The notes under the pieces were generated by a model. That model had not been told where the DNA came from. It did no database searches and saw only the letters and a list, made by a program, of their open reading frames with translations. Source: Candidatus Pacearchaeota archaeon (GTDB lineage: Archaea > Nanobdellota > Nanobdellia > Pacearchaeales > GW2011-AR1). Taken from it: DNA of 46,641 nt. Positions within the stretch are counted from its first letter, which is position 1. The number at the start of each line of letters is the position of its first letter. This document shows positions 9,152 to 15,418 of the stretch, in pieces. The DNA is taken from assembly GCA_036169915.1 (NCBI GenBank), contig JAVHOF010000075.1:1-46641 (forward strand). Reading direction: 5' to 3'. Both the position numbers and the translations under genes were made by a program.

Positions 9152-9493
9152 TTAATAATCTTGTTCTTTAGAAACCTTTAATTTACACCATCCACACATT
9201 ATCCTATCTCCTGTAAATCCTGCTCGTTTTAACATATCATAACCCTCTGAAGATAAAACAAAAATAAACTTATCTACATTTTCAAAATAAGCATCTTCAG
9301 GAACAAAAATTACCTCTGAATATAGTTGTTCTTTTTTTATATTACCAACTTTTAATTCAAAAGGAAAATTACCTATAGTTTTCTCTCTGTTTCTTAGTTT
9401 AAGAGTTCCAGATAAGGTTTTAAATTCTAATTCTGAAACTTCTTCTTTACTCATTGTAACTAAAAATTCAACTCCAACAGCACTTGCTTTCAT
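9152..9493 (-). CDS. hypothetical protein (113 aa from ATG at 9493) with C-terminal CGWC
   Basis: The ORF-track start at 9562 overlaps the upstream gene. The internal ATG (MKASAVG) at 9493 lies 34 nt after the radical SAM stop. No family recognised. Confidence 0.5.
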   Translation of the reverse strand: MKASAVGVEFLVTMSKEEVSELEFKTLSGTLKLRNREKTIGNFPFELKVGNIKKEQLYSEVIFVPEDAYFENVDKFIFVLSSEGYDMLKRAGFTGDRIMCGWCKLKVSKEQDY

Positions 9494-9527
9494 ATTTGTT
9501 ATAATTTTGATTATTTTAAAATTATAT

Positions 9528-10634
9528 CTAGGGTATAATTTCAGGGCCAAAGTACTTTTCATATGAAAAATCTGCTTCTTTTATAATGCCTTTATGTATT
9601 AAATTATGAATTTCGGAGATATGACTTTTAAGTTCTTTTATTAAATGCTTTATTGTATTGCAAATTAATTCATTTCCTTGTTTAGGCCATAAATTAGCTT
9701 TATTCCAGTACAAACATCTGCCTCCGCATAAATCCTTAGTATTACATGAAAGACAATTTCCTGAGATTTCAAACTCTTTTAGGTCTTCTGGTTTAGAATC
9801 TAAATTTCCTGCTTCAAAGTCTTTAATGCAATTCATTATAGGACAGGCAACAATTTTTCCATTTGTAGTTATTGCATAGCCAGAATGTCCTGCTCCGCAT
9901 CTAAGTTTAGCAGGTTCATTTTTTAATATGGAATCTATAACTGCAATAAAAGGATAAATTTTGATTAAATTTCCTTTTTTCATTTCATTTATCCAAAAGT
10001 TGATTAGTTTTGAAATTGATTCATTATAATCTTTTATAAATTTTGAGAATTTTTCTTGATTAAAATCAAATTTAAAAAAACCAGCATCTAATTGCCAATG
10101 AAAAGAATCAAAAATATTTAGGCTAATCAAGTTGATAATTTGTTCATAAACATCTGGAAATTCAGAAAGAGTCATTCTTGCTATTAGTTCTCCTTTGTAA
10201 TTGTTTTTTTTCATGAAGTTTATATTTTTAATAATTTTATCATAGGTTCCATTACCTCTGTTAAAGTCAGTTCTTTCTTTTGAACCATCAATTGAAATAA
10301 GAATTTTATCAATCTTGTTTAAGTATTTTGATTCAAGATTGTCTAATAGCAACCCATTTGTCTGCATTCTGAATGGAACATTAATCTTGTCAATTATTTC
10401 TTTTATTTTTTCTATTTGCAAAAGAGGCTCTCCCCCATAGAAAATCAAAACTGCTTTTTTATCTTTTTCTAAAAATTGTTTTAATTTTTCAATATTAATC
10501 TCTAAATTTTCAGGGCTTGTAAAATCAAAATTGAATTTTTTATCTAACTCATTTTCAAATTCTTGCATTGATTTTTTATAGCAATATCTACATTCAGAAT
10601 TACAAGTTTCAGTTAGTAGTATATGATAATGCAT
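9528..10634 (-). CDS. radical SAM enzyme with C-terminal SPASM domain (putative peptide/protein maturase)
   Basis: CNSECRYC (Cx3Cx2C) lies near the N-terminus, with GGEPLL downstream. The C-terminal Cys-rich segment CGAGHS..CP..C...GNCLSCNTKDLCGGRC is typical of SPASM/twitch auxiliary clusters. Confidence 0.85.
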   Translation of the reverse strand: MHYHILLTETCNSECRYCYKKSMQEFENELDKKFNFDFTSPENLEINIEKLKQFLEKDKKAVLIFYGGEPLLQIEKIKEIIDKINVPFRMQTNGLLLDNLESKYLNKIDKILISIDGSKERTDFNRGNGTYDKIIKNINFMKKNNYKGELIARMTLSEFPDVYEQIINLISLNIFDSFHWQLDAGFFKFDFNQEKFSKFIKDYNESISKLINFWINEMKKGNLIKIYPFIAVIDSILKNEPAKLRCGAGHSGYAITTNGKIVACPIMNCIKDFEAGNLDSKPEDLKEFEISGNCLSCNTKDLCGGRCLYWNKANLWPKQGNELICNTIKHLIKELKSHISEIHNLIHKGIIKEADFSYEKYFGPEIIP

Positions 10635-10654
10635 AAAATAACTAAGAAATAGGG

Positions 10655-10661
10655 TTTAAAA
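10655..10661 (-). promoter_or_regulatory. TATA-like box (TTTAAAA) upstream of the radical SAM gene
   Basis: Lies 21-27 nt upstream of the ATG at 10634 and is flanked by GGG, as at several other genes. Confidence 0.35.
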
Positions 10662-10780
10662 GATTAAAGGTTGATTGAATATTTTATATTTTTGGTAAAT
10701 TTATAATCTTAATAAAAAAATAGGTGAGATGTTCAAGCAAATGAAATTTGAATGAATGTTTTATTAACTATTGAATAATC

Positions 10781-11503
10781 TTATATCTCAAATCTTTCAA
10801 TAGCTTCTTTTTCAAAAAAATGCAGATTTCCTGGGATTATAAAACAGAATAAACGAGAAACTTTTTGGCATTTTTTTCTTAAATCATAGAGATTTCCATA
10901 GAAAATTCCCGTCTTTTTTTCACCTAAATTAGAACATATGATGATTTTATCCAAATCAAAGCCTCTTTTTTTACAGCTGATTTCAAGCTCATTTAATGCA
11001 TCTTCGCATTTTAAACCAGGATCAATTAATATTAAAGAATGAGCACCAATAGAATTATTCTGCTCTGCAAATTCTAAAAAAGAGTCTGGATGAAAATGAT
11101 TTTCCCATTTTGGCATGCTTGTTATTTTTCCAAATTTATATAATTGAAGGCCTGTTTCAGCAATAGCATCAAAGACACTTGCTGAAAATATAGTTTTTGT
11201 ATTAACTTTTGATTTTTTGCAATCCATTATTAAGCTGATATGGGTAGTAGCAAACAATGGACTTCCGTAAACAAGCAGAGCAATATTTTCTTTTTTAGCT
11301 TCTTTAATAAGTTTATCGCTTTCAACATCTTTTCTTTCTAATTCTATTACCTTTTTCCTTAAAATTTTATTAAGGTCCTTAATTGAATATGGAAACTCAA
11401 CAGTATAATTCTCTAGATATATTTTTTTGCAATTCTTTATCGCATCTATTCCTTCAATTGAAATGGCTTTTTCATTTAATCCTAGTCCAATAATGTATAA
11501 CAT
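10781..11503 (-). CDS. dph5: diphthine synthase
   Basis: MLYIIGLGL N-terminus and LLVYGSPLFATTH (GDP..ATTH-type motif) of the tetrapyrrole-methylase-fold diphthine synthases. 240 aa. Confidence 0.85.
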   Translation of the reverse strand: MLYIIGLGLNEKAISIEGIDAIKNCKKIYLENYTVEFPYSIKDLNKILRKKVIELERKDVESDKLIKEAKKENIALLVYGSPLFATTHISLIMDCKKSKVNTKTIFSASVFDAIAETGLQLYKFGKITSMPKWENHFHPDSFLEFAEQNNSIGAHSLILIDPGLKCEDALNELEISCKKRGFDLDKIIICSNLGEKKTGIFYGNLYDLRKKCQKVSRLFCFIIPGNLHFFEKEAIERFEI

Positions 11504-11552
11504 ATTATAATAATAAAAAGTTGATTAATAAAATTATGCACGGGTTAATAAA

Positions 11553-11628
11553 TAGCGGGGGCAGGATTTGAACCGTGCGACTTCCGGGTTATGGGCCCGG
11601 CGAGAACTCCAGGCTTCTCTACCCCGCT
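11553..11628 (-). tRNA. initiator tRNA-Met (anticodon CAT)
   Basis: The reverse complement folds as a cloverleaf: acceptor AGCGGGG/CCCCGCT with A1:U72, D arm GAGA-AGCCTGGAGT-TCTC, anticodon arm CCGGG-CCCATAA-CCCGG (three G:C pairs next to the loop), and T loop TTCAAAT. Discriminator is A and no CCA is encoded. The T stem 5' strand has one extra C. Confidence 0.85.
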
Positions 11629-11685
11629 GTTATATATGAAAACAAAGTAAAAACCCTTATAAAGTTAACTATCTCAAGAATATTT

Positions 11686-12333
11686 ATGAAAGTCTTAGGT
11701 ATTGACGAAGCAGGCAGAGGCCCTGTAATAGGGCCGATGATTATTGCAGGAGTAATGATTCATGATGGAAAAGAAGCAGAGCTTGGTGCTGTAAAAGATT
11801 CTAAGCTTTTAGCTCATAAAAAAAGGATAGAATTAAATCATTTAATTCAAGAACATTCAGAATTTAAGATAATAGAAGTTTCTCCTCAAGAAATTGATGA
11901 AGCTCTTGATTCTAACAATAAATTAATGAACTTAAATTGGTTAGAAGCATATAAGCAAGCTGAAATAATTAATGAATTATCTCCAGATATTGCAATAATA
12001 GATTGTCCTCATCCAGTTCCAAAAAAATATGAAAATTATCTAAGAAAATTATTGATTAATAAAGAAATAAAATTAATTGTTGAGCATAAGGCAGATGTTA
12101 ATTATCCTGTTTGTTCAGCAGCTTCAATAATAGCAAAAGTAAAGCGAGAGGAAGAAGTTGATAAATTAAAAAAGAAATATGGGGATATTGGTCCTGGTTA
12201 TCCTGCAAATGCAACAACACAAAAGTTCATAAAAGAAAACTGGAACAAGCATCCTGAAATCTTCCGCCATTCCTGGTCTACATTCAAGAATGTTGAAAAA
12301 GCCAATGATATAAAGCAGAAGAAGTTGTTTTAA
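11686..12333 (+). CDS. rnhB: ribonuclease HII
   Basis: MKVLGIDEAGRGPVIGPM, DSK and SAASIIAKV motifs. The ORF-track start at 11575 runs through the tRNA gene, so I used the ATG at 11686. A TATAAAG box lies 22-30 nt upstream. Confidence 0.9.
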   Translation: MKVLGIDEAGRGPVIGPMIIAGVMIHDGKEAELGAVKDSKLLAHKKRIELNHLIQEHSEFKIIEVSPQEIDEALDSNNKLMNLNWLEAYKQAEIINELSPDIAIIDCPHPVPKKYENYLRKLLINKEIKLIVEHKADVNYPVCSAASIIAKVKREEEVDKLKKKYGDIGPGYPANATTQKFIKENWNKHPEIFRHSWSTFKNVEKANDIKQKKLF

Positions 12334-12818
12334 CCTCTAAATCTCATACCCTCTAATTTTCTTCTTGTTTTTGCCTGCCCTTTTCTAATATTCTCTGTAT
12401 ATTTTCGAACTCTTTCATTAATAGCTAATTGCATTTCTAAAGCAACTTTTTGTGCAGGAGAATATTGTTGGGTTTTAGAAAAAATTTGCTGGCTTAAATC
12501 ACTTACCATTTGTCCCATCATAGCACATGGAACAGCAACATTTAATTCATACCAAAGTGTTCCTTCTTTTGTTCTATAAAAATCATTTCTTAATTCAGGT
12601 AAATAATGATATATTAATGCAATACTTAAACCTAGATTTCGCTCATTACTTATTTCATCATCATAATTATATCCTTTTTCTTCTAATATTGCTTTTGATT
12701 CATCTGTTAAAAATCTTCCAATAGCCTCTTCAGTAGGTATTTGTCTATATTGAATCATAGTACTTTTATCAAGTTCATAATTTCTGCATATTGATTCAGC
12801 TAATTCTTCATCAGTCAT
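12330..12818 (-). CDS. hypothetical protein (162 aa, soluble)
   Basis: ORF with its own TTTAAAA box upstream. It converges on rnhB with a 4-nt overlap. No motif recognised. Confidence 0.6.
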   Translation of the reverse strand: MTDEELAESICRNYELDKSTMIQYRQIPTEEAIGRFLTDESKAILEEKGYNYDDEISNERNLGLSIALIYHYLPELRNDFYRTKEGTLWYELNVAVPCAMMGQMVSDLSQQIFSKTQQYSPAQKVALEMQLAINERVRKYTENIRKGQAKTRRKLEGMRFRG

Positions 12819-12876
12819 AATATTTTAATTCTTAATAAGTTTAAAAGTATTTATATTCTATAAAATCTTTAAAAAT

Positions 12877-13515
12877 CTATGCAGCAAGGCTTAAATTGCT
12901 TTCCAAATCATACGCAGGATTTTTGAAATTATCTAATCTAGCAATTTTAATTCCTTCTTCAGGTCTTTTTATATAATCATAAAAAGATTCTTTAGCATGA
13001 GCTAATGCTCTTGCAGTTATTTTAGAATCATATTTGCTCTTGCCTCTTAACAAATCAGAAATTTCTCCAATGCCTAGAGGAAGATAAGCAGCAGCTCTTT
13101 CAGCAAGACCTTCTCCAATTATTTTTGTCTGGTCACTAAGCTTTTCTCCAGGAGAATCAGATTTAGCATGTTTTAAATAATGAGCTTCATCAATTGTATC
13201 TGCAACTGTTTTTTCCAATAATCCAACGCCTTTAAGTCCAAATCCAGCACCGCCAAGAGCCCAAAACATATAGGTTCCAATAGCATCAGCTCCAGCCCCA
13301 GTTGTTCTTAAAAAAGTAGAAACATAACTTCCAAGTCCTTTTGATTCAAAATATTCTTTTGCATAAGTATCATAGGATTTAGCTAAAGAATATTCTAAAT
13401 TTTTTCTTAAAGAAACTTTTCTGTCATCATCAGCTTTTTCAAAGTGTCCTCTAATATCAGCATCTTTTTCAATCAATCTATCTGCATATTCCTTAACAAA
13501 TTCTTCTTTTCCCAT
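12877..13515 (-). CDS. hypothetical protein (212 aa) with central glycine-zipper-like hydrophobic segment
   Basis: Contains TTGAGADAIGTYMFWALGGAGFGLKGVG. Its ATG lies 1 nt after the stop of the CBS gene, so it is the last gene of an apparent three-gene operon. Confidence 0.65.
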   Translation of the reverse strand: MGKEEFVKEYADRLIEKDADIRGHFEKADDDRKVSLRKNLEYSLAKSYDTYAKEYFESKGLGSYVSTFLRTTGAGADAIGTYMFWALGGAGFGLKGVGLLEKTVADTIDEAHYLKHAKSDSPGEKLSDQTKIIGEGLAERAAAYLPLGIGEISDLLRGKSKYDSKITARALAHAKESFYDYIKRPEEGIKIARLDNFKNPAYDLESNLSLAA

Positions 13516-13516
13516 T

Positions 13517-13894
13517 TTAATTATTATTTAATTTTTTTAATATTTGATGGATTGTTATTATCCCAATCATTTTTTTATCTTTAACAACAGGTTCCATTAC
13601 ACTATGCTTATTTACCATTGCTTCATAAAGATTTTCTAAATCATCTTCAATATCAGCAACTTCAACAGGTTCTGACATAATATCTTTTCCTTTAGTCTTA
13701 TGGATATCTTTTCCTTCTGCAACAACTCTATTATTAATATCTGTAATAGATATTATTCCAACAGGATAATCTTTTTTATCAACGACAAATATGTGTCTAA
13801 GAGTATAGGTTCTTAATTTTTTAGCAATTTCTAAAACTGATTCATCTTCTTTGCATTTAAATGCTTCAATTAAAACACAGTCTTTAATTTTCAT
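13517..13894 (-). CDS. CBS-domain pair protein
   Basis: A stand-alone tandem CBS pattern (VGIISITDI.., MIGIITIHQILK). I chose the ATG at 13894 because it forms an ATGA overlap with the upstream stop; the ORF-track start is 13909. Confidence 0.75.
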   Translation of the reverse strand: MKIKDCVLIEAFKCKEDESVLEIAKKLRTYTLRHIFVVDKKDYPVGIISITDINNRVVAEGKDIHKTKGKDIMSEPVEVADIEDDLENLYEAMVNKHSVMEPVVKDKKMIGIITIHQILKKLNNN

Positions 13895-15288
13895 ATAAAC
13901 CATCCACAATCTATGCTTGTACTATTTAATCTATCATTTGAATATTCAGGAGTATTTTTATAGTTTTCTCCTGAATTTTGAGTAGGATGACTCTGACTAG
14001 AATAAACTTCAATATTATCAATTAAATTATTATGACTGTCAGCCAAATCATTATGTCTTCTTACAGCTTCTTTTAATGCAGAATTTAAAACTCTTTGTTT
14101 TGCATTTCTTCTGTATCTAAGATAAGCTAAACCCGTAGCAAGAGCACCAACAGATAATGAACCAACAGATTCAACAGTCCTAACTATACTTTCAATAGAA
14201 CTTGAAAATATTCCTTTTTTATTAACAAAATCTTCTCTAGTTTCAATATCATATCCTCTTGTTTTTAATTCACCTATAATTTCATCAACACTGCCCCTTA
14301 ATCCATTTACTTTTTCTTCAATTTGTTTTCTATAAGTCTCGAACTCTTCAGGAACTCTTTCTCTTATTTTTTGTTTTAGTTCAATACCATCTTTTAATAG
14401 AGTCTGTAATCTTGTTAAATATTTTTTATTATCTTGAATAGCCCCATATAATCTTTCAGATTCAGATAAACTAGCTCTAAGTTTTAATAATGTTTCATTT
14501 CTATCACTATTAGTTTCATAATTTTTTATAAAATTTTTAAGATGTTCTTTTGAACCTTCTTTTTTATATTGATCTCTTAAAAACTCCAAAAGATCTTTTT
14601 CCTCATCTATTAATTGAGGTGAATGTTCAATATAATCATTTAATTTTCTTAATACCTGCACTTCAGCAGTTTTATTATCTTCATTAGCATCATATATTTT
14701 GCATAATTCAGTTAATCTTTGTTTTATTACAGTTCTATAAGCCTGACCTTCTGTTCCAGATTTTTTCCCTAATGCAGAACGAATAGTATCATTAATACTT
14801 CTCATAAAACCAGGTTGTTTTGATTCTAAAACATCATCTAATGAAAGTAATCTTCTATCAATTCTATCTTTAAATTCTCTAGCTCTTTCAGCAAAAATAT
14901 AATGAGCTTCAAACTCTTCACCATCCTCAATTATTTTTTCAAATTCAGAAATTTCAGCAGGAGTTGCAATTCCAAGTTCCTCATAAACACCTAATTTTCC
15001 ATTAGTATAATGTCTTTCTAATGCTTCTGTTTCTGAAGCAAGTTTTCTTTCTAAAGAACCTGATAATGCTTTAATATCCAAACCAAGTTTTTTTATTTCT
15101 TTTTCAGCATCACAAACAACACCTAATATTCTTTTACCAGCATAATCAAGTCCTAAAAAACATAGCCCACCAGTAACCATACCAGTTGTAATGGATTTCC
15201 CACTAGATTTAAGAAAATCTCTTCTGGATAACCTTCTTTTAAGGCTTTTTTCATCCAATTTTTGGGCTCTTTGATATTTATTTTCCAT
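13891..15288 (-). CDS. membrane-associated coiled-coil protein with twin-arginine-type N-terminal motif
   Basis: 465 aa. SRRDFLK is followed by a Gly-rich hydrophobic segment, then a long E/K/L-rich helical region. A second hydrophobic segment (VGSLSVGALATGLAYL) sits near the C-terminus. Confidence 0.65.
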   Translation of the reverse strand: MENKYQRAQKLDEKSLKRRLSRRDFLKSSGKSITTGMVTGGLCFLGLDYAGKRILGVVCDAEKEIKKLGLDIKALSGSLERKLASETEALERHYTNGKLGVYEELGIATPAEISEFEKIIEDGEEFEAHYIFAERAREFKDRIDRRLLSLDDVLESKQPGFMRSINDTIRSALGKKSGTEGQAYRTVIKQRLTELCKIYDANEDNKTAEVQVLRKLNDYIEHSPQLIDEEKDLLEFLRDQYKKEGSKEHLKNFIKNYETNSDRNETLLKLRASLSESERLYGAIQDNKKYLTRLQTLLKDGIELKQKIRERVPEEFETYRKQIEEKVNGLRGSVDEIIGELKTRGYDIETREDFVNKKGIFSSSIESIVRTVESVGSLSVGALATGLAYLRYRRNAKQRVLNSALKEAVRRHNDLADSHNNLIDNIEVYSSQSHPTQNSGENYKNTPEYSNDRLNSTSIDCGWFI

Positions 15289-15388
15289 GAAATATATAAG
15301 TATATTTAATATTTAAAGCTTTCTATAGTTACTATTAATTAGTTACAACATTATCTAAGAAGGGCTAAATCTCTTTCATTATCAAACA

Positions 15389-15398
15389 ATTTAAAAAT
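15389..15398 (+). promoter_or_regulatory. TATA-like box (ATTTAAAAAT) upstream of the SMC-like gene
   Basis: Lies 21-30 nt upstream of the ATG at 15419. Confidence 0.35.
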
Positions 15399-15418
15399 CT
15401 CTTTTATTTCAATATTTC

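Noticed and set aside
9528-11503. Idea that the radical SAM/SPASM enzyme downstream of dph5 substitutes for the truncated Dph2
   Set aside because: Dph2 chemistry (3-amino-3-carboxypropyl transfer) is non-canonical and is not known for SPASM enzymes. The two genes are separated by 146 nt with a separate promoter box, so adjacency is probably coincidental.
11575-11685. N-terminal extension of the RNase HII ORF given in the ORF track
   Set aside because: The extension is read through the initiator tRNA gene on the opposite strand. The conserved RNase HII N-terminus starts at the ATG at 11686, which has a TATA-like box at the usual distance.
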